A stretch of 64,000 bases of DNA. It comes from Candidatus Aenigmatarchaeota archaeon. Its GTDB lineage: Archaea; Aenigmatarchaeota; Aenigmatarchaeia; GW2011-AR5. The stretch's first letter is position 1. Each line of letters starts with the position of its first letter. A program made the position numbers and the translations under genes. Of this stretch, positions 10,186 through 19,043 are shown piece by piece. The stretch is taken from positions 1-64,000 of the forward strand of contig JACQID010000004.1 in assembly GCA_016198685.1 (NCBI GenBank), given 5' to 3'. The notes under the pieces are model-generated. The model did no database searches. It was not told the DNA's origin and worked only from the letters and a program-made list of their open reading frames with translations.

Positions 10186-11058
10186 TTATGCCAATTTGTC
10201 CCTGCATTCGTTGCCCGACCATTTGCAGTTCGCCCGTGCCCATGCGCATCCCGTGCACTTATCGCTCCCGGAGTCGTCGAACAGAGGCGTGTAGTGTGAG
10301 CATATCTCGGTCACGGGACACGCAAAGCACTGCCCCCCGGATTTAGCGCCCGCAAGGAAGGATCTTTCATAGTAACATACATCGTAAGGCGGTTCTATGC
10401 TATTGCACTGCACTTCATCCCTTGCATCCTCGCATACAACACTCCCAGCGCATGTTCCTTGCAGCATGAGGCCTATACTTGCAGAATTTAGGTAGCTCTC
10501 AGGGCATTGATCCAAAAGATAGGACGAGTCCGCGATTTTATTTGTCCCTTCTTCCACTATGATATTTTCAGTTCCTATCTTCCTCTTTATGCAGTCGCTG
10601 TTTCTCCATGCGGTCAGACGAACGAACGCGGTCCTGTCGTCTATCTCTCGCACCTCGCCCTGAAGTTCTCCGTAAAGATTTACGGAAAGAAATGTTTCCC
10701 CATCGAGTGAAAGGACGCGGTTTTTCTCTGTATTCCATTCCGGCAACTGTCCCAATACTATGAGATTTTTGCGCAATTCTGCCACGACTATGAAACTTAA
10801 CTCCGGATCCTTCTGCGTGGCAAAGCCTGTTCCAGAAAGACTGATGGCATAGTCATAACTGCCTTTTGTAAGTTTGCAAAACAGGGGAGCCTGATCGGGA
10901 AGTTTTTCTATTGTGAGAAGCCCGGGCTCGAACGTTTTTATGTATCGTTCCGCTTCAGCTTGCGAGTTTTTCTGGTATTCGTCGATAATCATCATGATGA
11001 CCATGAAAGCAGTAAAGATTACAACGACCATAAGCAAAGTGCGTTTCATATCTTCCAT
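10186..11058 (-). CDS. N-terminally anchored exported protein with Cys-rich tail
   Basis: TM helix at about residues 7-25; Cys-rich C-terminal region; abuts upstream gene. Confidence 0.65.
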   Translation of the reverse strand: MEDMKRTLLMVVVIFTAFMVIMMIIDEYQKNSQAEAERYIKTFEPGLLTIEKLPDQAPLFCKLTKGSYDYAISLSGTGFATQKDPELSFIVVAELRKNLIVLGQLPEWNTEKNRVLSLDGETFLSVNLYGELQGEVREIDDRTAFVRLTAWRNSDCIKRKIGTENIIVEEGTNKIADSSYLLDQCPESYLNSASIGLMLQGTCAGSVVCEDARDEVQCNSIEPPYDVCYYERSFLAGAKSGGQCFACPVTEICSHYTPLFDDSGSDKCTGCAWARANCKWSGNECRDKLA

Positions 11059-11949
11059 TTATGCCACCTCAAGTAATTCTTTTTCGGTCTCGTGTTCTCC
11101 AAGAAACGCATTATAGCATTCCGGGCGCGATATCAAATCCGCGTAAGTTATCGCATTTTCAACGCATGAGCCTGGCGGGCCCTTGTTCCAAAAGCTAATG
11201 CGCATGGTTTCTAATATTTCCTTGCCGTTCCCCTCTTTTACCATTATTTTGGCCTCAGCAGTTTTACCGCATTCAATTTTCCCTATAGATATTTCGATTT
11301 CGCCGTTGCACAGCCCGACAATCCTGTTGCATTCCGAAGGCAAATCGCTTTCTTTGCATTCTCTGAGTTGCACGGTTTTTGCGTCATTTTCGCACAAAAT
11401 ATTGAAGAACGCTATGCAATCGCCGGCGATAAGGAATTTTTTTCTCAGTTCCGAAAGCTTAATTTGATAGCTTCCTGCGTCTTTCAGCACGATAGATTCT
11501 TCAGGCGATACGGCACCCTCGAATTTGTTTGACCGCAAATCACGTATAGGAGGCTCGTTGCTGACTATATGGGCAGTCACAATACCCCTGAATTCGCTGC
11601 TTTCCGGCGAAAAGGAAAAGTAATCATTGCCTGTTTCACTAATGACCATCTTAGCGCTTTTCCCTTTGAATTCTACGACAGGGACTGCATCAATTCTGGC
11701 CACACTTTCCTCGTTAATGTTGCCTGAATATTTGGCTATAATGTCCATGGAAATTGAATATTCGTAGCCGGATCCTAATTTTCTGTAGGTTATATCGGGT
11801 TCAGATGCGAATGCCACGACTATGTCGTTATCGCTATTTGCATCCGCAGCGGCCTCCTTGACGTTAGAGGGGAAAATATATAGCATTAGCATGAAGGCCA
11901 CGAAAATGAGTATTATTGATAGAATAACTTCCCTCGGGACAACAATCAT
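11059..11949 (-). CDS. N-terminally anchored exported protein
   Basis: MIVVPREVILSIILIFVAFMLMLYIF TM helix; paired Cys. Confidence 0.65.
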   Translation of the reverse strand: MIVVPREVILSIILIFVAFMLMLYIFPSNVKEAAADANSDNDIVVAFASEPDITYRKLGSGYEYSISMDIIAKYSGNINEESVARIDAVPVVEFKGKSAKMVISETGNDYFSFSPESSEFRGIVTAHIVSNEPPIRDLRSNKFEGAVSPEESIVLKDAGSYQIKLSELRKKFLIAGDCIAFFNILCENDAKTVQLRECKESDLPSECNRIVGLCNGEIEISIGKIECGKTAEAKIMVKEGNGKEILETMRISFWNKGPPGSCVENAITYADLISRPECYNAFLGEHETEKELLEVA

Positions 11950-11961
11950 AGATCATGCACT

Positions 11962-12111
11962 TCAGAACGGAATTCCTATCGCCGCGAGAAAATTCGACTT
12001 GTCAAGTGCTCCAGAAAGCACCATGATTACTATCGCGGCCCCCACTAAAAATAAGATGAGTACTGGCATTAGCTCCATCACAAGGGAGCTTACGCCTTTT
12101 TTAGCCGTCAT
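11962..12111 (-). CDS. 49-aa minimal pilin with class III signal peptide (first gene of the array)
   Basis: Hand-translated MTAKKG|VSSLVMELMPVLILFLVGAAIVIMVLSGALDKSNFLAAIGIPF*; GGAGGT Shine-Dalgarno 4-9 nt upstream of ATG. Confidence 0.75.
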   Translation of the reverse strand: MTAKKGVSSLVMELMPVLILFLVGAAIVIMVLSGALDKSNFLAAIGIPF

Positions 12112-12287
12112 AAGAACCTCCCGAATATCCAAGCTGCCATGCCCACAAGTATAAGTCCCGTTATAAGAAATATGAAAATCTTAAGAAGTAAGGTCATGTC
12201 AAAGGATGCTTTCATGCTTATCTATTGGCGTTAGAACGGATAAAGATTCCGCTGCAACCATTAAAACTTTCCCGTTCAAAGAAAACC

Positions 12288-12800
12288 ATGGTACTGCCAC
12301 TCTTAGCACAGTCCCTGTGGTTTATACTTCCCGCGTATTCTGCAAACGCGTTTCCTGTCATAGCTAAAGGCAAGCATCCTCTGGACATGGGTCGCAATTT
12401 CATGGGAAGCCGGCTTTTAGGAGACGGAAAGACTTTGGAAGGCTCGGTTACAGGCATCGCGTTCGGCACGCTTGCCGGTACTTTACAGGTCTTCGCTCAG
12501 CCATACATGCCGGCAAATTTTGTATTCATGACAACTGAACTCGCTTTTGTTCTCAGTTTTGGTGCAATACTAGGTGACATAGTCGGCGCTTTCATCAAGA
12601 GGCGCATTGGCATACCACGCGGAGGCTCGGCACCGCTGCTTGACCAGCTGGATTTCCTTGCAATGGCCCTGCTTCTCAGCGCGCCGCTGCAAGTTCTGGA
12701 TGCCTCTATCTATGCGACACTGATCATAATGACGCCTGTAGTACATCTTTCTGCAAATAGGATTGGTCATTACTTGAAGCTCAAAGAAGTGCCTTGGTAA
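12288..12800 (+). CDS. carS: CDP-archaeol synthase
   Basis: LWFILPAYSANAFP...PLDMG...LGDGKTLEG...GAILGDIVGAFIKRRIG...PLLDQLDF. Confidence 0.92.
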   Translation: MVLPLLAQSLWFILPAYSANAFPVIAKGKHPLDMGRNFMGSRLLGDGKTLEGSVTGIAFGTLAGTLQVFAQPYMPANFVFMTTELAFVLSFGAILGDIVGAFIKRRIGIPRGGSAPLLDQLDFLAMALLLSAPLQVLDASIYATLIIMTPVVHLSANRIGHYLKLKEVPW

Positions 12801-12801
12801 A

Positions 12802-13287
12802 TCAATGCAAAAGGCCTGCAATAGCGTCTATGCCAAACGCCGTCGCATAAGCAAGCGTAACATAACGGATTATCTTTCCGCTGACTGTAGCGAGAAAGAA
12901 TTTTCTTGCGTCATACTTTATTGCCCCGCAAAAGAGCCCCAGTGCATCAAAAGGAAGAGGCAGAGCGGAAAATATGAATATGATGGCAAAATCGTTGTAT
13001 TTGGCGAACCATCCGTTGAGTCTTTCAAACCAAACATCAATATCTTTTTTTGCCTTGCCTGAAAGTTTTCTGCCTCCTAGCCCGACGCCATAGCTGACCA
13101 TTTCTCCGACTCCGGAACCTATGCCTGCAACGATGCCGACTAGCAGGGGGTTTAGAGTGGTAGCTGCAATAGGAATTACAAGGTATCCTGGCAGAGGCAG
13201 AAAGATCGTGGCGCTGGATATTGCCGAGACCAAAAAAAGCCCCAGATATCCGAATTCCTCAAGAAGCGTGAGCGCAAGATCCTCCAT
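12802..13287 (-). CDS. VTT/DedA (SNARE-associated, YqaA-like) membrane protein
   Basis: GYLGLFLVSAISSATIFLPLP...GSGVGEMVSYGVG...LPLPFDALG...GKIIRY. Confidence 0.85.
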   Translation of the reverse strand: MEDLALTLLEEFGYLGLFLVSAISSATIFLPLPGYLVIPIAATTLNPLLVGIVAGIGSGVGEMVSYGVGLGGRKLSGKAKKDIDVWFERLNGWFAKYNDFAIIFIFSALPLPFDALGLFCGAIKYDARKFFLATVSGKIIRYVTLAYATAFGIDAIAGLLH

Positions 13288-13336
13288 TCGGATAATTTGC
13301 CGGCGAACTTAAAAAGGTTCTGGGATATCTAGGTTT

Positions 13337-13918
13337 ATGCTGGCGGGCAACAGGGACAGGTTCGCGTTCCTTGAAAGGAGATTAGGGCCTCTTCTTTCGT
13401 TCCTGCCGGCAAATGCATGGACTATCATTGGAGTCATTTTTTCCATAGGAACTGCATACTTCCTTTCGGTGGACGGGTTTGTATACGCCGGAATAGCCTT
13501 GTCAATCACCGGTCTTCTTGATATAATTGATGGCGCTGTTGCAAGAGCCACGAAAAAAGCCGGGCCAAAAGGAGCCTACCTTGATACCATTGCCGATAGA
13601 TACGCAGAAGGAATAATAATATTCGGTCTTCTTCTGTCGGGTCTTCCTTCAATAGGCTTGCCTGCATATTACTGGATATTCATTTTCTTCTTTGGCGCGT
13701 CTCTGACGACTTACGCTAAAGCGGCATTCAAGGAAAAAATGGGCAAGAATTTAAACGGGGGCCTCGTTGAAAGGGCAGAAAGGCTTGTTCTCCTTGCAAT
13801 AGGGGTCTTCATGGCAGCTATTAATCCGGACTATCTCATGTATATTATCATGCTCCTTGCGGTTCTGACTAACCTGACAGCCGTTCAGAGGATAATGGCA
13901 GGGCTTAAAAATGTATAA
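13337..13918 (+). CDS. CDP-alcohol phosphatidyltransferase (archaetidylinositol-phosphate synthase-like)
   Basis: Signature DIIDGAVARATKKAGPKGAYLDTIADR; GLVERAER. Confidence 0.88.
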   Translation: MLAGNRDRFAFLERRLGPLLSFLPANAWTIIGVIFSIGTAYFLSVDGFVYAGIALSITGLLDIIDGAVARATKKAGPKGAYLDTIADRYAEGIIIFGLLLSGLPSIGLPAYYWIFIFFFGASLTTYAKAAFKEKMGKNLNGGLVERAERLVLLAIGVFMAAINPDYLMYIIMLLAVLTNLTAVQRIMAGLKNV

Positions 13919-14255
13919 ACAAGTAATTATCATACGAACAGACCTTAAAATGGGCAAAGGCAAACTAGCCGCCCAGTCTTCTCATGCATCTTATTCTTCA
14001 GCAAAAAAAGCGGCAAAGAAGATGCTGGATGCATGGGAGAATGAAGGCCAGAAAAAAATAGTTCTCAAAGTTGCAGGAGAGAAAGAACTGCTTGATCTGG
14101 AAAAGAGATGCGCTAAAGCCGGAATTCCGTGCGCGTTGATCATGGATGCCGGCAAAACCCAGCTTGAGCCGGGTACTGTAACTGCTTTGGGAATAGGGCC
14201 TGAAAGGGATGATAAAATTGACCAAATCACAGGAAACCTTGCGTTACTTGGGTGA
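13911..14255 (+). CDS. pth2: Peptidyl-tRNA hydrolase, archaeal type
   Basis: YKQVIIIRTDLKMGKGKLAAQSSHA...GQKKIVLKV...DAGKTQLEPGTVTALGIGP. Confidence 0.95.
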   Translation: MYKQVIIIRTDLKMGKGKLAAQSSHASYSSAKKAAKKMLDAWENEGQKKIVLKVAGEKELLDLEKRCAKAGIPCALIMDAGKTQLEPGTVTALGIGPERDDKIDQITGNLALLG

Positions 14256-15180
14256 GTCGCCCGGAACAGGCGGACAGGTCAAAAGTCCTGAAGATTTTAT
14301 CGTGGAAGAGATTGTCGAGCCAAAATTCTTGCGCAAATATCGCATCTTAGGCGGCAAAGTGCAGCCGATAGATGGAAAATATACTTTAGCAATAATGAGA
14401 AAGAGGCTACTCACAACCGAGCAGGCCGTAAGAAGGCTTTCTTTCCATCTTAAGGTCAATATCGGCTATGCAGGACTGAAAGACAAGTTTGCGGTTACTT
14501 CGCAGTATGTGACATTTTCATCGAATTACGAAACGCTTCTCCAGACGTTCCGAGATGATTCCATGAGCGTGGAAAAAATTGGTCGCACAGACCGTGAGAT
14601 AGCTCCGGGTGATCTAGCAAGCAACCGGTTCACTATAACACTGCATAATGCAAAACCTACTAGGATACTTGAAGAGCTTCAGGTCTTCCCAAACTATTAC
14701 GGCCCGCAGCGATTTGGGAAGGATGGAAGCAACGCAGAATTAGGAAGGCTCATAATTCAGCGGCGTTTTGATGATGCTTTAAAAAAAATAAATGATATGT
14801 ATAAACTGAGATTTACTGATATACGGCAGATAGACAAGAAGCGCTTGAAGTTCTTTGTGCACGCGTACCAGAGCCTTCTCTTTAACGAGATGCTTGCTGC
14901 AGGCAAGGCTGCTATTATTCCAGGGTATTCATTCGTGCCGCCATCTGTAAGGAAAACCGAGGGTATTCGGGAACAGGATTTCAAGATAAGGGAGCTTTCC
15001 ATGTCTTTCCGAGGGGGACCAAGAGACATGTTTGTTCAGCCAAAGATAGAACATTCTTTTAGCAAGGGCAAGCTTGTGCTCAAGTTCACTCTGCCCAGAG
15101 GCGCATACGCGACATCAATACTACGCGAGATAACAAAGAGAGAAGATTACATATGCAGAACGAAAACAGATACCTCGTAG
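14209..15180 (+). CDS. truD: tRNA pseudouridine(13) synthase (compact)
   Basis: PEDFIVEE, YAGLKDKFAVTSQY (catalytic Asp), FPNYYGPQRFG, FTLPRGAYATSILRE; start uncertain (TTG near 14239 possible). Confidence 0.88.
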   Translation: MIKLTKSQETLRYLGESPGTGGQVKSPEDFIVEEIVEPKFLRKYRILGGKVQPIDGKYTLAIMRKRLLTTEQAVRRLSFHLKVNIGYAGLKDKFAVTSQYVTFSSNYETLLQTFRDDSMSVEKIGRTDREIAPGDLASNRFTITLHNAKPTRILEELQVFPNYYGPQRFGKDGSNAELGRLIIQRRFDDALKKINDMYKLRFTDIRQIDKKRLKFFVHAYQSLLFNEMLAAGKAAIIPGYSFVPPSVRKTEGIREQDFKIRELSMSFRGGPRDMFVQPKIEHSFSKGKLVLKFTLPRGAYATSILREITKREDYICRTKTDTS

Positions 15181-16532
15181 GCCTCCTTATTTTTTCATTT
15201 CTTTTTTATCTACTCGCGAGCCAAGCAAGTCCGATACGTTGGTGGGATGAGACAATTTATCTCAACCTTGGCGAAACGCTAAGCAGCGATGCGTTCAATT
15301 ATCGGTTCACAGGTTATGGCGATTATAATCCCGTGGAACAATGGTATAGTGCAGGATTCAGGCCTCCCCTGCTTCCGTATTTGCTTGCAGCTATGAGTAT
15401 ACTCACCGGTACCAAGGCCCTTCTCTTTGTTGCAGTGCCACTTTTGGGAGCATGGGGGATTGTAGTGATTTATCTTCTTGCTAAAGAATTCCTGGGCAAG
15501 AATGCCTTGATAGCCGCCGCTCTTATGGGGCTTGCGCCTCTTTACGTGACATTTTCAGGCAAGGTCATGAATGATGTTCCCGCTACAATGCTTATGGTAG
15601 CGTCTATACTTGCATTCTGGAAGGGGTTCGAAAAAGGAGAAACAAAATGGAAGATAGCCGCAGGCGTCTTCTCGGCACTTGCGTTTCTCATGCGATATAC
15701 CTCAGGCATGCTAATTTTTATCTTCGGAATTTACATATTTGTGAGAAGGCGCGATTTGTTGCGCGATAAGTTCCTGTATATTTCAGCAGGCATATCTCTT
15801 TTATTACTTTCGCCTTTGTTCCTTTACAGCAATTCCGAATATGGCACTCCGCTTGGAGCCATAATGCATGGCATAGAGGCATCTACCTTCTGGGGCGGCA
15901 CGCAGCCCTGGCATTTCTTCTTGAATGTGATACCGTGGTTTTCCGCCGTGGCAATTCTTGGAGCGTTGGATATGTTGAGGCATATCAAAGACAGGAAAGC
16001 CGGAAATAAAGGATGGTTACTTTTCATCTGGGGCGCAGTTGTACTGATTAGCATAACGCTTTTGGCCCACAAGGAAGAGCGTTTTTATCTGCCCTTGCTT
16101 CCTGCATTTTCATTGCTTTCGGTTGCATCATTGCAGAGAACCGGCAAGGACTTCCGCAAATTTGCGTTAGTTTCAGTCATTCTGATGATAGCTTCTTCTT
16201 TGTTTTTCGTGTCCGCCGAGTATTGGAATGGGTACATCATCCATGGCGATGAAAACAGTTGTTTCTCGGAGTCTATGAATTTTGCGAAGGAAAATATGCG
16301 AAAGAACTTGCCGATCTACTCTGACCAAAGCCCTCAAGTTTTCTTCTACTCGGGTCATGAATCGCCATTTGTTCCGGATAATCTCAAAGTTCCGAATAAT
16401 TCTCTTATTTTATGGCATTCCGGGGATAAAACAGGAGGTTTCAAGGACATGCTTGAAGAGTCTTTTGAAAAAATTTATGCGTGTCCTGAAGGCAACGAAA
16501 TGTATGCTCTGTTTAGGACGCGAGAGACATGA
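15153..16532 (+). CDS. GT39/ArnT-like polytopic membrane glycosyltransferase
   Basis: WWDETIY, RPPLLP, DVPA, RY, HKEERFYLPLLP motifs; multiple TM helices. Confidence 0.82.
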   Translation: MQNENRYLVGLLIFSFLFYLLASQASPIRWWDETIYLNLGETLSSDAFNYRFTGYGDYNPVEQWYSAGFRPPLLPYLLAAMSILTGTKALLFVAVPLLGAWGIVVIYLLAKEFLGKNALIAAALMGLAPLYVTFSGKVMNDVPATMLMVASILAFWKGFEKGETKWKIAAGVFSALAFLMRYTSGMLIFIFGIYIFVRRRDLLRDKFLYISAGISLLLLSPLFLYSNSEYGTPLGAIMHGIEASTFWGGTQPWHFFLNVIPWFSAVAILGALDMLRHIKDRKAGNKGWLLFIWGAVVLISITLLAHKEERFYLPLLPAFSLLSVASLQRTGKDFRKFALVSVILMIASSLFFVSAEYWNGYIIHGDENSCFSESMNFAKENMRKNLPIYSDQSPQVFFYSGHESPFVPDNLKVPNNSLILWHSGDKTGGFKDMLEESFEKIYACPEGNEMYALFRTRET

Positions 16533-16537
16533 TAGTA

Positions 16538-17194
16538 TTAACAATTCACCTGATTTTCAAGATTTTTTATGCCTTGCACCCCATGCATAGGCGTTTTTTC
16601 GTTGATGAGAACGGCCGGAGCTGATTCTATTTTATATTGATATTTGACTGTATCCACCGAAGTGATATTCATGTCAAGGGGGATGGGAATCAGCATGATA
16701 TTCCCGCCGCACTTTTCCTTAAGATCCTGTAGCACGTCAGATTGCACGCGCTGATCGGCTTTTTGATCGGGCGTTTCTTCATTATTGTAGAAATAAACTA
16801 CAGTATCATAATTTGCGCCGCATTTATTTCTTATCTGAACTGCATTGAGCCAGAACTGCATCTGGAGCATGGCATATCTTTTTTTCTTGAGTATGGTGTC
16901 CGGGCCGAGCTTATTGACGGCTTCAAGACGATCTAAATTCTTCCCTTCCTCATAGATGCGGGAATTGAAATCCATGTTACTTTTTATTGCCGCATCGCAA
17001 AAAGCTGAGGCATTAGACTGGGTCTTGTATAGAGAGTCTAAGAGAAGAATATCCGTCAGTTCGAGTGCAGTTTCTGCCAGCTTGCGATCGGCTTCATCGG
17101 ATCTTGTGATATCCAGCCACAATCCGGCGGCAACGCCGAGGCTGAAGACGACCAGCGTTATGACAAAAGTCTTGAGAAAAACGTTCATTACCAT
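16538..17194 (-). CDS. Conserved hypothetical membrane-anchored protein with thioredoxin-like C-terminus
   Basis: N-terminal TM; VVYFY...YKIESAPAVLINEK resembles a thioredoxin fold lacking CxxC. Confidence 0.55.
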   Translation of the reverse strand: MVMNVFLKTFVITLVVFSLGVAAGLWLDITRSDEADRKLAETALELTDILLLDSLYKTQSNASAFCDAAIKSNMDFNSRIYEEGKNLDRLEAVNKLGPDTILKKKRYAMLQMQFWLNAVQIRNKCGANYDTVVYFYNNEETPDQKADQRVQSDVLQDLKEKCGGNIMLIPIPLDMNITSVDTVKYQYKIESAPAVLINEKTPMHGVQGIKNLENQVNC

Positions 17195-18408
17195 TCCCTC
17201 TTCCCCATGAGCATCTTAATTATCGAATGAACCAGCAGCAGCGGAAATACGGATATGTAAAATGCCAGATAAATAAACATCACGAGATAATCTTTCTTTT
17301 GGGTGAATTTACGGTTATAGAACGAGAAATTCATCTTTGAATATATGAGTGAAAGAATGAAAATCCCTATGCCAAACACCGCGAAAATGTTGGGCAGGAT
17401 AACAAATTCCATGTTTCTCGTTATGTCGGCTCCAACGCCGTATGCCGTAGTCATATAGCGCATAGTGCTTAGAGCCCAATCGGCCGTAAGCAGGACCCCT
17501 ACGCTCAGGCCAGTCACGCTTATCAGCAAAGAGAAGACAAAGAATGGTATGACGAACATGGAAAAGCTTCCTGGCCTCCTAAACATATCCATCTTGTATT
17601 TGTTGAGGGTCTGAAGCCCTCCTATGTTCCATCTAGTCCTCTGCCTCCACCAGTATCTGATTTGAGTGGGCACTTGCGTATAGACTATGGCGTCATTAGC
17701 CATGCGTATCTTGTAGCCGTTCTTGAGTATGCGCCATGCTATCTCTATGTCTTCGGTGAGGTTCTTTTCATCAAACCCGCCCAGTTTATTCAATATGTTC
17801 TTCTTGTATATGCTCATTGGTCCGGGAGTAACAAATACGCCTTCAACGTGTTCAAGATTTTTTCTTGCCCATCCTATCATTATGTATTCAAACTCCTGAA
17901 GCCTCGCCAAAAGGCCTTTTCTGTTGTCGGCCAATATGGATGCCGTAACTGCTGCAACTTCTTTATCGCGGAAATATCGCATGGCTTCTCTTACGCATCC
18001 TGCGGTAAGCTTAGAATCTGCGTCAACGGAAACGACGAATTCGCCGCCCGCTTTTTTTAGGCCGAAATTGAGAGCAGCCGCCTTTCCGCGGTTGGATATG
18101 CTATAGACTTTGGCTCCTGCTTTGCGTGCGAGTGATGCAGTCTTATCCCTTGAGCCGTCATCTATGACTATGATTTCCTTTAGTTTTGCCGGATAGTCGG
18201 TTTCAAGGATGCTCCTTACCGTTGTGGTTATAGATTCTTCCTCGTTATGGGCGGGTATCAGGAAGCTTATGCTGCGAAGCATGTCCTCTTTAGGCGCGGA
18301 TTTGTCCCTTGAAAAATTCACAAGCATGAAGAATATCATGAAGTATAGCGTAATGAACGCGAAAACAAGAAATATGGTATCTGAAACGTAGAGCATATAT
18401 TTATTCAC
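17188..18408 (-). CDS. Processive-type GT2 glycosyltransferase (PgaC/cellulose-synthase-like)
   Basis: IPAHNEE, DDGS, GKAAALN, VDAD, TEDIE, QRTRW (D,D,D,QxxRW). Confidence 0.9.
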   Translation of the reverse strand: MNKYMLYVSDTIFLVFAFITLYFMIFFMLVNFSRDKSAPKEDMLRSISFLIPAHNEEESITTTVRSILETDYPAKLKEIIVIDDGSRDKTASLARKAGAKVYSISNRGKAAALNFGLKKAGGEFVVSVDADSKLTAGCVREAMRYFRDKEVAAVTASILADNRKGLLARLQEFEYIMIGWARKNLEHVEGVFVTPGPMSIYKKNILNKLGGFDEKNLTEDIEIAWRILKNGYKIRMANDAIVYTQVPTQIRYWWRQRTRWNIGGLQTLNKYKMDMFRRPGSFSMFVIPFFVFSLLISVTGLSVGVLLTADWALSTMRYMTTAYGVGADITRNMEFVILPNIFAVFGIGIFILSLIYSKMNFSFYNRKFTQKKDYLVMFIYLAFYISVFPLLLVHSIIKMLMGKREW

Positions 18409-18430
18409 GGCGCAGCCTATTTAATCGTGG

Positions 18431-18997
18431 TTATTTCTCGGATATGGTGCTGCTGTCCACATTCATGAATATGAGGGCTAGCTTGTCTGAGGCGCGGACC
18501 ATGTTTTCATAATTGTCGCCTCTCACATATATTATGCCGTTTTCAAAGTCTACGGATGTGCGTCCGGCATTGGACTCCATCCAGATGACCGCATCGCCGA
18601 ATGATGGCTCAATTTCCCCGGATGTGGAGTTAAGCCACATATGCTTCTGGTTATCATATACGAAGACCGAATAATTATTGAGTATTTTGCCGCTATAGAG
18701 CTGGTAAGTCTTGAGTTTCTGCACTATATTCACAACAGACTTGGAGTAATACCCGGGAATCGTAGTTTCGTTCGTGGCATTTATGACAAAGCTTATGCTC
18801 TCCGCACCTAAGAGGGCATTTCTGGTATCGTGAGCGTTTTGAGAGTCTATATTCACTGTTTCGCGCACGTCATATGAAAAACGATATACATCCGCATGGC
18901 CAGGAACCCGTATCAATACAAGAGGCTCTTCGGCTTGAATGCAGCCGCTCATAGACAGAACGGCAAGTAAAATGGCGAAATATTTCATGATTATCAA
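18431..18997 (-). CDS. Hypothetical lipoprotein-like secreted protein
   Basis: Signal peptide ending LSMSGC. Confidence 0.6.
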   Translation of the reverse strand: MIIMKYFAILLAVLSMSGCIQAEEPLVLIRVPGHADVYRFSYDVRETVNIDSQNAHDTRNALLGAESISFVINATNETTIPGYYSKSVVNIVQKLKTYQLYSGKILNNYSVFVYDNQKHMWLNSTSGEIEPSFGDAVIWMESNAGRTSVDFENGIIYVRGDNYENMVRASDKLALIFMNVDSSTISEK

Positions 18998-19043
18998 TTG
19001 AAAATAAACAATTAAAACTTAACCATTTATCCGGGTATTGCGC

